DNA of 64,000 bases from Craspedostauros australis (taxonomy: Eukaryota): NCBI GenBank assembly GCA_030167865.1, contig JALAGF010005434.1:1-64000 (forward strand). The letters run 5' to 3'. The translations under genes were made by a program, and so were the position numbers. Below are positions 21,926 through 33,986 of the stretch, in pieces (position 1 is the first letter of the stretch; the number at the start of each line of letters is the position of its first letter). The notes under the pieces are model-generated. The model had not been told where the DNA came from, made no database searches, and was given only the letters and a program-made list of their open reading frames with translations.

Positions 21926-22798
21926 TGTGCTGGAGTGTTCTGCTTCTGGTTCCGTTGTGCGAACGAAGGGATGGTTGGAAGGATTGATGGCCAATCGACA
22001 ATGCAAGTACTCTTTTGAACTATGAGAAAGTTCAAATGTGCGAAAGGATCGAGAGAATGGCGGAGTGTGGAGCAACGCGTCGTTGCATGATCACGTCCAT
22101 CCCGTTTTCCAGTCCGGCACTTTGTTGCGTGGTTCGTCGTCGTGTTGGCGCATGAAACAACCAACATCCAATTCAGGTTCGTCACCAACGTTGTCGCTCA
22201 TGGTGGTGGTGCGTCGTTGTTTCGTTTCTCGCTTGTTGTTGGATCTTTTGGTGGACGTGTGCTTGTGTGTTCGTTCGTTTCTTCGGGACTCAAAACGGTT
22301 CTCCCCCTCGCATGAATGGGTACTTACTCAATCCTAAAATTTGTCTCTCGCCAGCTTTGTTGGTGGTTGAGCTTAGGAGTTGCGGTGATTATATAACGTA
22401 CAGTAATTTATGTAAAACAGTTGCGGCAACTCATGTTATTTCTGTGAAATTGAAGAATACGAAAGAAGAAGTCGTATTGAATCGTGCCAAGCCAATCGAT
22501 CATTCTCCATCCACGTTTGGAACGGATCTTGTTCTTGTGCGAAACGGAACGAACGAGAAGGATTCCGCAGACATCACCACCACCTCCCATGACATGCGCA
22601 GGTGACACCTCCTCCATCCCAATCCGCTCCATCAGCCTCGACATCTCCATCATCACCGCAGAGCAGACACATAAAATTCGATCATCCGACGAATCAACAA
22701 TCCACAAGCAACCACCAACCAAAGAACGCAAGGCAAGCCCCGCAGCAACCATAAAGCAACCAAACAAAGCAAAGAACACCCAATCGCGACACATCAAC

Positions 22799-25435
22799 AT
22801 GGCATCCTCCCCAACCAGCAGAAGCAGAAGCGGCAGCAACGATTCTGCCGTCGTTCGCGAACAGCTCGCATCGCTGGACGACACGGACTGCTTGGCCTCC
22901 GCCTGGTCCGAGGCCATCGAGGCCGTGCATGCGCGTAGCGAGCAAACGGACAAGGCATCGGGCTACGTCTCATGGGGCGGCCGTGGCAAGGGCGGTCGCG
23001 GCCGTGCCAGGCAGACCTACCAACCCAAGGACGTCGTCGTCGACGACGTCTCCCTGCAGTACCTCGAGGGCGGCAAGCCCAACAAGGCATCCAAATCGTC
23101 CAAGAAGGGCGGCACCAGCTCCAAGATCAACGGCTCCATCCTCGAGAACTCAAGGCTCAAGCTGCTGCACGGACACGCCTACGCCTTGATCGGGCGCAAC
23201 GGATGCGGCAAGTCCACCTTGCTCAGACGCATGCATGCGCACAAGATTCCGGGACTGTCGCCGCACATCACGACCCTCTACTTGCCGCAGCACAACGATG
23301 AAGAGGCATTGCAGATCGTGGCGTCATCGCAATCCACGTCCATCATCGACCAAACGCCCGTCGACGTCGTCATGACGTACCAGCAGATGACCTACCAATC
23401 GTCCGAGCAGGCCATCCAATCGCAGATTGAACATCTCGAGGATCAGTTGGAGTCGCTGCAGTTGTCGGAAGAGGACGGCGGTGCCACAATCGGTGCTGCC
23501 AGCGACGACGACGACGAGGAGCTGGATGTGCAGCAGCGCATGGAGGACATCTGCGAACAAATCTCGAGCCTTGAAGATCGCTTGGAACCAGCCGCGCGCG
23601 ATGTCCTGCGCGAGCAGGCGCAACATGCTCTGCAGAGCTGGAATATTGGTGACGACCTCATGGACGTGCCGTTCTCGAAACTCACGAGCGGCCAACGCAA
23701 GAAGGTGCTGCTGTCCGTCGCGCTCATCTGCCCCACCGATGTCGTCCTCCTCGATGAGCCGGCGCAGGATCTAGATATTCCAGGACTGATCCAGCTAAGA
23801 CGCCTCATCGCCATCTGCGCGCAAGAAGACCGCACCGTCGTGCTCGTCAGCCACGACGTCGACTTGATCAACGACGTCGCCACCGACATCATCTACTTCT
23901 CCAACCACCAGCTGCACTACTTCCCCGGCAACTACAACAACTTCCAAACCGTCCTGGAGCAGCACGGCATCCAGGCCCTGCGCGAACAGGTCTCGCTGGA
24001 AAAGAAGCGCGAGCATATGCTGCAGACGTTGGACAATTTGAAGAAGCAGCCCATTCCCAAACGCGGCGGCGGTCGCAAGAAGGCCAAGCAGGTAGAATCC
24101 GTCAAGAAAAAGCTCGAACGCACCGGCATCCAGCGCGACGCGAAGGGACATCGGTGGCAGGCCCAAAAGGCCGGCACCGGTATCCAGCGTGGTGCCATCA
24201 ATGGTTTGGATGCCAACACGCGCAAGGGGCTATCGTCGACGCAGCTGCTCAAGCAGGCACAAAAGGCTATCCAACGTCCGCCCGATAAGGCGGTGCAGTT
24301 CATGTGAGTTGTGTTGGAGTTGGATTGAGAATGGGATGCATGCACATCTGTTACTGCCATGGTTGGTGTGCCATGCGCGCTCACGGATTTTGGCTTCTGC
24401 GGGTACGATACACTCTGCATTTGTTCTGACGCGGGAGTTCTCACGTCTTCATCTTTGCTGCCCTTTCCTTCATGTATTCTTGCTCAACCTATCTACTCGC
24501 ATGTCGAATCGCGATCATTTCGATGCTGTACGCACTGCGATCGATGGGACCACGATATCCTGTCATACCATACTAATACGTCACCATGCAGTTTCCGAGA
24601 CCCGCCAAGTCATTGGGGCGAGCCGTTGATCACGGCATTCGATCTCGGATACAAGCCCAAAGACACGAATACAGATCCCGAACATCCAAACGAAGATGGC
24701 GGCGAAGATGCAACTGCAGACAGCGAACCTCAGACTTCAGAAGCACCGGAAGCAGCATCGTCATCTGCGGCGGAAGAAGGGATCGGTGATCTCGAGGCTG
24801 CTCTGAAGATGTTCCAGAAGAAACCGGGCTATCTATTTGATGGCGTGGATCTCTGCGTTGAGGAGGGATCCAAGGTGTGCATTCTTGGCTACAACGGAGT
24901 TGGCAAAAGCTCGCTCCTCCGATTGTTGGCAAAGGCCGAGGCACCGACCGAAGGCACCATCCATCATGCGTCGGGCATCAGCATCGGATACTGGGATGCT
25001 GATCTCCTCAAACGTCGCGTCCAGAACCACGGGGCCAGCACCTCCTTGAAGTACCTGCAGGACAAGTACGGCAATCGCACGGAGCAGGATCTCAGAAGCG
25101 AACTGACCTCCTTTGGGCTAGCACCGCACCAAATCACGCGGCCCATCCATTACTTGAGCGGCGGGGAGCAAACACGGTTGGCGCTGGTCGATCTCATGCT
25201 CAACGATCCGCCGGTGCTCCTGCTCGACAACCCGACATGCCATCTGGACGTCGAGAGCGTGGAGGCGCTGACGTACGGATTGCAACGGTGGAAGGGAACG
25301 GTCGTGATGGTGAGCCACGATGCCAGCTTTTTGCGAGTGTTGGATGTCCAATGCTACGTGCTGACGGAGAAAGAAGGCAAGCTGCGTCGATTGGAAGGCG
25401 GGATGGACATGTACCTGAAGCACTTCAAGTATTAG
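22799..25435 (+). CDS. ABC-F family ATPase (exons 22799-24303 and 24592-25435)
   Basis: Two Walker A motifs (GRNGCGKST, GYNGVGKSS), two Walker B/H-loop sets and no TM segments. Intron GTGAGT...TACTAAT...CAG yields AVQFIFRDPP. Confidence 0.9.
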
Positions 25436-26100
25436 AACGTGTCGAATGTCATAATAGTACTCGGGAGAGGTATCGTCTGTTCTACTCTTCTGTGTGAGTG
25501 AATAGAGCTGAGCATACTTGTAGTATGGAGAGATGTACCTACGCCGACGTCAAAGGCTACAGATAGAAATGAAAATGGCGCTCCTTGGCTGGCATCGTCC
25601 CTCGTATTGACTCCATTGAGGGCACCCGGATTGAGGTGCCTTCGCATGAAGAATTCATTTCATCCTGGTCCAACGATGAGAGGAGGGCAATTGAGATCGC
25701 TCCTCACCGATCATGGATCCACATCATGCCGCAAAATTCGGGTATCACGCATCAAGCGTCGGAAGAATGGAATAGACCACCGTAACGCGCAGTGTGAAGG
25801 GGCAAGACCGTGACAAATGATACGGTCGATGTCGTCGTTTGTCATTTGGCTCAAATCGTCATAATTGGTTTGAAACCTGCTGGTTGTCCCGGCAATGGCA
25901 TGTACTTTCATGTTGCGAAAGCCACAGAATGCTGGTGTCCTCACCATCATCCGCAAGGGCCAACACGGCAGATATTCTACTACTAGTACAACTGAATTGC
26001 AACGGACTTGTCCCAGGTGCCACCCCAGGTGCTATGACCTCAGCTCATCTTCCAGATCCTGATGGTACGCTCTCGAGCTGCTGGCTGACTCTGATTCCGG

Positions 26101-26991
26101 CTACGGCTGCATGAGCTGGACGCATTGCTGCAGCCATTCTGTCTTGTTCTGCCTCCGCGCCTCCGCCGCGTCGCCGATCTCGCGGGGACATTGGCACTGC
26201 CCATAGAGCCGCGGCGTCAACTGAGAACGAAGCAAAATTGACTGCATCCATATCTGTCCATTTCGTTTTGGGAAGGTTGGGCGATCGACTCGAAACGCAG
26301 AGTACAGCCGATTCTCTCCGAAGTGCCCGTCCAAGGGGCAGGAGCACATTCGTTCCAAGATGTTTTCAATCTTCCCAACGTCTGCTTCCGACCTGTAGAC
26401 CTCAGGCAGATCCCTGGACGGCTTGCAAATCGTGAAGAATTCAATCGCATCGACCATCTTCTCATCCTCCTCGCCGAATTTGACGGCAGCGCATGAGATG
26501 TACCCATCGGCGAGGTTGGTATCCCTCCGTGACATGATTGTGGCTGGTGGATTGAAGCAGGCCATGCCCTCTCGTTCACCACCCACCTTATATACAGCAT
26601 GGGATGGCTCCGATGCTGTCTTCTTCATCTCGTACATGCCGTTCGATAACTCCAGGCCGTGGCGCAGAATGACTGAGCCAGGCTTCACAAGACCATTATG
26701 CCATTTGGTGTCGGCCATACGATCCTGAACTTCATCCGCAGCATCGCGTCCATGTGACAGCCCCATCTCTCAAGGGCCCACCCCCAATCCCCCAAAGTTT
26801 CCTCTGGAATCGCTGTGATAGGAATACGTGCAATCCGACCTCGCTGAAAGGAAATTGGTTGGACCATTCACCCAATGGCTGTTGGGCACGTGGCGACTCA
26901 TGACTGTGTGAAAAGATGTAGGGATGCGCTGTGCTGGATTTGGTCGATCGCACTTCTCGTTGCCTGCGTTTGAACTCTTCCAATTGTGCAA
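26101..26991 (-). pseudogene. Possible decayed gene: two in-frame ORFs separated by a TGA
   Basis: 26991-26770 and 26766-26101 share one frame, interrupted by TGA at 26772-26770. No family recognised. Confidence 0.25.
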
Positions 26992-29608
26992 ATTATGACC
27001 TTGTCAGGGGTTTGATAATGATGACAGTAGGTCAATAGCCTGCAACAGTGGTCTGTATCGCGAACGTTACGGTCCTTGCACGGTCGAATGCTGCTGATCG
27101 TCCTGGCTGAGTTGCCGCGTCGCTCTGTACATGCTGCTTTTGCGCGTCGATACCAATGGAAATAGGTATGGTCTCCATCATCTTCGCTTCTCGCCGTGGA
27201 CGCAACCGCTGACCGTCTCGCTCAGCCAGGACGTCGTCGTCGTGGGATTGATGTGGAACTTGCACGAGCAGAGTATCGTGATCATGCGAGGATGAGCGCA
27301 GTCCTCCAAGTACTCGTATCCATCCCGCGAGAAACGTTGGTGATATCACACGTGAATCCGATCGCGGCCGACCGAACGAGGAGAGTGCTTGGAAAATCTG
27401 GTTGAGGCGGGCGTGGAAACTCGTGGGATCACGCCGCCTGCAGACCGAGTTGCTGCGCAATGGCCGACAACGTATCTGAGTTGTACCAACCCGCCCATCA
27501 TCGTTGAAACTTGCTGCCCATGCGCGTACTAGTTCGCATCGCTGCTTGGTTGTTTGGCATGTACAGCACGGCTTCATTCCTTGCTCGCGTTGCGTGTCGA
27601 AGAAGCAATCATCTCAGTCGCAAGCAAGCATCCATGCTGCCCACCTCCGATGCGTTCTAGTTTGCCACACGTGTGACAGTCACCATCATGAAGGCTCACG
27701 CAAGAGCATGGTCCTTCGCACCACAAGCAATGACTCTTCTCATGCAGATTGGGCGGAGACGAGCATCCTTGGACGCTGTGTCACTCCGTTCGTCGCAAAC
27801 TCGTTTGTTGTGGACCGGAGGCGTTCGATTGATGAGAGGGTTCTCCTTCTTCCAAATGATGAAGCGAGCAAAACGACAAAATCGTCGCGATCTGCGCATT
27901 CTTGTGGCCACAAACGTCCGATAACATCTGTTCGTATGAACAGTCTGCCGATGCCGTTAGAGGCGTTTGTTAGTATTGTCCGTTGTTGTGTGAACAATCA
28001 CGTGCGACTTAAGAAAAGTATGAGATTTTTAGTCGTTGGTGACTGCGAAATCGGCGGCAGTTTTGGATTTGGCGGCACAAACAGCACACACAAGAGAGAA
28101 GTCGCTTCTCCTGACACGGATCATTGCGTGGCAACGCGACAACGATGGCACCAACATCAAAGACGAGAGGGGGAAAAGTGAGCAGAAAAAGACAGGCACA
28201 GGAAATTCGCTTGCTGCTGTGTTTGTTCTCTTGTGTGAATGAAGAGGGGCAAGGTGAGGCGGATCCAGACAGAGAGAGAGGGAGGCGTATTGGTAGGCGC
28301 CATACGACTGCGCACGAGCCATGATACGAGAGGACTGCTCAGTCGAAACTTCGTAATCGCTCTGCAGCGGAAAGAGCACCATCGATACTCATCACTCTTC
28401 GGCTGAACCTTTCCACACAAGTACAGGGACTGCCACTGTCCACTTTGCCCACGGTCCAATTGTTCCACACTTCCACACGACACGACGAGTACGAGTGTGC
28501 TGCGCATCAGTCCATCCACATCTCCACGCACATGGAAACGAACACAACATCGAACTGCCCCTTATTCATCACATCGGATCACAGCAGGCCCAACCGCGCA
28601 CTTCGCCTCATCCATCCCACCACAACATTTGCAGCCATCCAGATACGCACCCACCTGCATCCACCCAATCATAAATCCGCACATTCATCACATTCATCAC
28701 ATTTCGTACACAATCAGAATCAACAGTTATCACAAGGCTCACACATCATAACATCGTCTTCGCCATTGCAGTGCTGTCGAAAGAGCCTGTGATTTGATAT
28801 CTGCCATACTGTTCTCATCGATCAGAGCGCATCACAAGCAACAGCAACAGCAGCACTCGCTATAGAGTCGGTCTCACGAGCCCATCACAAACCACAACCA
28901 TGGTTCCAGAACAAGATCAACGTCGCGACACTGGCCTCAGCGGACTGCCATCCCATTTCCGGGCTGGTCAGGCCCGCACATCGGATGTGCCATTGCATGT
29001 ATTGGTCAGTCCGCATCGACTGCATCCAATCAAACCGGAACCGGTCCAACGCGCGGGTTCCACCGTATCGGTGGATGGCCACAAATGGACGCACAGCAGC
29101 GACGACGACTCGATCGCGCAGGCACCAACAGCAGATCAGCATCCACTACACGCGCAAGATGAAGCGCGGCAAACCAACACGCCAAAAACACGGAGACGTC
29201 GATCGCATCGCAGAAGCCAAAACGGGGCATGGACCGCGAAGGACTTTCAAGAGGCTGGACTGTCGTGATTGCGATTGTGCAATGACAACATCCCATGCGA
29301 TACGCTACCGACCCAAAGCCAATGCACTGCACAATGATGCACTGTAACGGCATGTATGCTTATTAGTAATCTAGAATACGACTATAATACCACATCATCA
29401 TTCCATTGAGCAGCAAATAGCATACTCCATGCAGGAGTAACAGAATAGGAGCTACTATGCAGCGGAGTACAGTAAGTGTTTGCACACTACGACTAAATCC
29501 AATTAGAAAGAATTAAGAGTGGCCGTTTGTCATTGGCTGACCAATGAAACGGTTCCAACCGAACTTGGCGCGCAAATTGTGTTTGGTGTCATAGACTGCC
29601 GTGTTGCT

Positions 29609-31486
29609 CTAGACCATCATCATCATGGTCGTCGCCATGACGGAAACAAACGATACCATCCGGATCATGGTCTTGATGCTGGGCGATGACGAATCTTCGC
29701 TGTCGCTACCCGAATTGCCACCATCACCACTGCCCGAATTACCGCCACCACCATCACCACTATCCGAATTGCCACCACCGTCGGCTTCACACAAGGCGCA
29801 GAATGGAATCGTTTGATTGGGCACACGCGCATCGAGAATCTCGATGACGTCCTTGAGATCGTCCGTCGTCGTGAGCACGCGATTCTCCGCGTCCCCAAAG
29901 ATGATCAACTCGGCTGCGGGCGTCGTCGTGTCCCCGCGCCACGTGCCACATTCGAACGTCGCGGGGATGCTGTAGTTGCCTTGCGACGCCGTCTGAATCG
30001 TCATGGAGGTGACGCGATCGTCGGTGCATTCCGGAATGCCGATGACCTTGCGCTGACGCGGGACGTCGGGTTCGCCGGAAGCAAAGTCGAAGAAGGGATC
30101 CTTCGTCATTTGGGGTGGATCCTGTTGCGTGTACAATCGCGTGAGGTAGTTGTAGGATTGCACAGTCTGTTCCGCGATGAGGGACGGTGCGATGACGTTG
30201 GCGTTCAAGGCTTGCGTGAGTCCGTCGGCATCGAAGACGGTCAAGTTGACGAACGCCAAGCAAGCGTCGGCCAACGTGCCGGGATCGACCGCGTAGAGAT
30301 CTTGCAAACTGTCGCATCCCGGCGGTGCGCCTTGCCGAAATTCGGAAGGAATGAACTCGTCAATCGTCTTCTGCACGACGCGCGCGTTGGGGATGTTGTA
30401 CTCTCGCAGCTTGTTGAGGTACTCCAACGGCGTGGTTTGTTGTTTCAGAACGTTGCTGTCGATGGTGAGCTTGACCTCGTTGGCGAGATCGGCCGTGGGT
30501 CCGGCGAATTCCGTCGTGAAGGCGTGTCCTTCGAACAGCTCATTTTGTGCCACGACGGTATCCAGGACCTGCTCGAAGTTGTCACGGTAGCTGCGCCAGT
30601 AGCATTCCTGGGGAAACGAGTTCTGCACGCAATTGAGCCAGTCGATGGCGGAGCGATCGTCCAAGGTGAGATGGAAGTAGTTGACCGGCACGGCGCGTTG
30701 CGGACCCAGCGTCCAGATCTCGATGGGCATGTCGTTCGTGGCGGCGATGGCGGTGATCTGGATCGGCACGCAGGCGATGGGTCCGCCCGACGGCATGCTG
30801 TACTGCAACGTGATGGGCTGGATGTCGCCGGCCTCCCTGTCCTTCTGCAATTGCAAGCCGACGAAGATCATGTCCATGCCGGCGTAGTAGTTGATGAGTG
30901 GCTGCGCCGTGGTGGGCAGGTCGTAGCCGTTGCTCGTCAACCAATCGAAGACCTTCTGCGGCTCGTTGTCGACGGCCTGGATGGTCTCGAACTTGAAGGG
31001 ACCGACCGTGCCGCGCTGCAGGACCTTGACGGCTTCCGGTTCTCCATCATCGCGCTGTGACTCACTCCCAACACCGTCATCGACAAAGACGGGGGCGCAC
31101 GGCAGCAGGTCGAAGTTGACGTTGGAGCACGTGGCGCTGAGGGTGGGCTCGATATCGAACTGAAAGAAGGGCTTCGTGATCTCATGCAGCTGCGCAAAGA
31201 GGATGTCGGAACTGACGGAGACGGCCGGATCGACGGGCACCGGCAGGACCCAGCCGAAGGCCTCGGACGGTCCCTCGTAGGCGATCTGGACCGTCATGGA
31301 GATGTCCATCTGGCTGGAGTTGGTGGCGGACTCTTCCACGGCGAAGATGATGCGCTCTCCCACCTGCAGGATGGGACGTTGCGGTTGGCAGAAGAAGCCT
31401 CCGCAGGCATTGGCGGTGGATGGCAGTCGCATCAGCGCGCATGCCAGCAGCGCCATGGTGGCGGTCGTTGCGGATTGATACAACAT
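29609..31486 (-). CDS. DUF2330-domain secreted/cell-surface protein with G/S/D linker and hydrophobic, GPI-like C-terminus
   Basis: Signal peptide then ACGGFFC, GERIIFA, QIAYEG..EAFGWVLPVP, GTVGPF, WLTSNGY, PIQITAIAA and YLTRLYT...MTKDPFF. Intronless. Confidence 0.85.
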   Translation of the reverse strand: MLYQSATTATMALLACALMRLPSTANACGGFFCQPQRPILQVGERIIFAVEESATNSSQMDISMTVQIAYEGPSEAFGWVLPVPVDPAVSVSSDILFAQLHEITKPFFQFDIEPTLSATCSNVNFDLLPCAPVFVDDGVGSESQRDDGEPEAVKVLQRGTVGPFKFETIQAVDNEPQKVFDWLTSNGYDLPTTAQPLINYYAGMDMIFVGLQLQKDREAGDIQPITLQYSMPSGGPIACVPIQITAIAATNDMPIEIWTLGPQRAVPVNYFHLTLDDRSAIDWLNCVQNSFPQECYWRSYRDNFEQVLDTVVAQNELFEGHAFTTEFAGPTADLANEVKLTIDSNVLKQQTTPLEYLNKLREYNIPNARVVQKTIDEFIPSEFRQGAPPGCDSLQDLYAVDPGTLADACLAFVNLTVFDADGLTQALNANVIAPSLIAEQTVQSYNYLTRLYTQQDPPQMTKDPFFDFASGEPDVPRQRKVIGIPECTDDRVTSMTIQTASQGNYSIPATFECGTWRGDTTTPAAELIIFGDAENRVLTTTDDLKDVIEILDARVPNQTIPFCALCEADGGGNSDSGDGGGGNSGSGDGGNSGSDSEDSSSPSIKTMIRMVSFVSVMATTMMMMV

Positions 31487-32109
31487 GGTGTTGTTCTCTC
31501 TCTCTCTCTCTCTTGTGGAGAATGGTTGTGCAACTGTATGCAAGTTGTGAGCAAAGCAAGGAAGGGGCAGGGGCAGAAGTGGAGTGCAATGCAATGCTGT
31601 GTTATGTTCCGTCCATTTGTTGTTGTGCGCGCCAAAGGTGTCAACCAGTGACTTCCCTCCGCCAAAGACCTTCTCGCGCCATTGTCACCCTCGTACGACT
31701 ACTACTATCAAGGATGACACTTCGGAGATGGAGAATCTCGTTTTGAGCCGAGAGTGAAGGAGCTTTTCGCGCGAAATACTTGTGGCAAGCATCACGCGTG
31801 ATACTGTGCCATACCTACGACTACAACATGCGCCAGTTCATTCACCACACCAGCCACCACCGCCAAAGCGCCCCTTCACGCATAGTATTACAACCCGTAG
31901 TACTCGAAAGTTCAGGTTTGCGTCTGACATCATGTGCTCTGTTTGTTTCATAATATTATATTATAGAATATGATAAGAGTTACCATTCTACGAGCTACTA
32001 TTTGTAGTTTAAGAGGTCATACTTTTATTCTACATCGTGATGTTCTCCATTCCACACACCACATACTCTGATCCATTGCGCACGGTGCATGCGAGCATGG
32101 TTCCGCAAC

Positions 32110-33066
32110 TTACATGGTCCCCGTCAAGAGCTCCGGCTCCTCAGAACCGTTGCTCATACCTTGGAAGCTCTCGGGAAAGGCATGCTGACGCGGTAACTGC
32201 AAATCCAACCCTTTCCAAGCACGGCCCACGGACTCGTCCATACTCGCGGAGGAAGCGACGCTGGTATCATCCTGCATCTCCGCCTCATCGTCCGACGACG
32301 ACGACAACAAATTCCTTCGCTGCAACAGCGACCGCTTGGGCTGCAGCGGCTTCTTCATGAGGTACGCATCTTCCCCATCTTGATAATACGCCGGAATGAT
32401 GCGCGACACTTCGTACCCGTCCTTCTCGTAGAGCTGATAGGCCGCCGTGTTGGACATGCGCACGTGCAGACCGCACGATTCGACGCCGCCTTGCTGCATG
32501 TGATGATGCAGCTGATCCATCAAGGCGCGCGCCAGACCTTGGCGGCGGTAATCCTGCAGCACGGCCAGCGACGTGACGTGTCCCAGCTTTTCGTCCTGCC
32601 ACAGACAGGCCTCGTCGCTGAGCGGGTCGTTGGCGAAGGCGTTGATATCGAGGGTGGGGGGCGGGGCCGTGTCGACCTTGCCCAGCACGTAGGCCACGAT
32701 CTTGGGTTCGGCTTGTCGCGCGCCGCCGAGACCGGGAAACGAGCCAAAGGGCCGTCGTTGGGCCTGTTTGTCGTCCGCGTGGCCGTCACCGAGATGCTCC
32801 GCCACGATGGCCAAATCGGGCCACTGCCGCAAATGGGAGCAATAGAATTGCGAATTGTAGTTTTCGGGCAGCGACGCCAAGTTGCATCGTTGGATGGACG
32901 GCACGTCGGTGCGGCGCGCCAATCGCAGCTGGATGTTGGGCAATTCCAGGCCCGTGGACGACATGCGCAGCAATCCCTTTTCGCCCGTCACGGCCAAGGC
33001 CGTCGTGGCCGTCGATCGCAGCAGCGCGAACAGCAGGAACTTGGCCTGGTCGGTGGGGCGTTTCAT
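32110..33066 (-). CDS. NAA10/Ard1-like GNAT N-terminal acetyltransferase with N-terminal extension
   Basis: QRCNLASLPENY, IVAYVLGK, GHVTSLAV...RRQGLA, LHVRMSN and YYQDGEDAY. Confidence 0.88.
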   Translation of the reverse strand: MKRPTDQAKFLLFALLRSTATTALAVTGEKGLLRMSSTGLELPNIQLRLARRTDVPSIQRCNLASLPENYNSQFYCSHLRQWPDLAIVAEHLGDGHADDKQAQRRPFGSFPGLGGARQAEPKIVAYVLGKVDTAPPPTLDINAFANDPLSDEACLWQDEKLGHVTSLAVLQDYRRQGLARALMDQLHHHMQQGGVESCGLHVRMSNTAAYQLYEKDGYEVSRIIPAYYQDGEDAYLMKKPLQPKRSLLQRRNLLSSSSDDEAEMQDDTSVASSASMDESVGRAWKGLDLQLPRQHAFPESFQGMSNGSEEPELLTGTM

Positions 33067-33986
33067 CCTCCTTATTTCCTATTACGCAATGCAATATATT
33101 ATAATACTTGGCAGAATACTTCGTATTGAGAGATGGATGGATGGATGGAAAGAGAGAGATGGAGAGACCAAAGGTAGAGGGTGTTCTACTCGATGCTGCT
33201 TCCGGCTTTTGTCTTCTCTCAGGTGCTGCCTTGTCTCTCTTGTTCACTTCCAACAAGCAATTGCTTTCCGGTGGTTCCTGTCGCAGTTATCGTTGTTATA
33301 GTCGGTGCTGATGATGATTGTCGAGAGATTGTTGCATGCAATGGAGTCAGCTCAAGGATCTCTTCGTTGCGTGGGGTACAGCCAACTCCTGGATGTGAGC
33401 AAGCCTTTTCGAAAAGCCGTGGTATCTGTCATCGCGAGACTGATGACGGGGTCCGCGTTCTTCAACAAGTTCAACAACGCAAACAGCCAACGCGCCAAAG
33501 AAGAATGAAGCGACTGTGTTTCGTTCAACACACGCGACGCAACCTCGTCAATCACCTCTCACGATTTCTGGGTGCGTGTGTCTGTCGTGGTGGCTTCTTG
33601 TTCCACGTTCTGCGTCTTCCCTTCCAAGGTACTGTCTTAGCCTTAGTCACTCAAACAAACTCTGAAGTACTTGGTAAGGCCCGAATCCGAGAACACTTTC
33701 TCTGCTGATCTTGGAGCAAGTGACCTTCACCACAGGAACACAAATGACCATCGCAAAACCACCTCCTTCTTGCTTGTTCCGTTTGTGTCGCGTTGCGATG
33801 AAGGCGAAACAAAACAACAACGCAACACAAGATCCTTCGTCACCACATTTTGCGCACATCCTCATCACAACAAATCCGACATCAACATCAGCAACACCAA
33901 CACCAACACCAACATCACTTGTATTCAAAGTAACAACAACAAATCATCCAATCCAATCCTAGTCAAGTCAAACGAACAATCCCAAC

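Noticed and set aside
28900..29268. 122-aa ORF after a CA-rich leader
   Set aside because: It could be a small gene, but there is no motif or other support.
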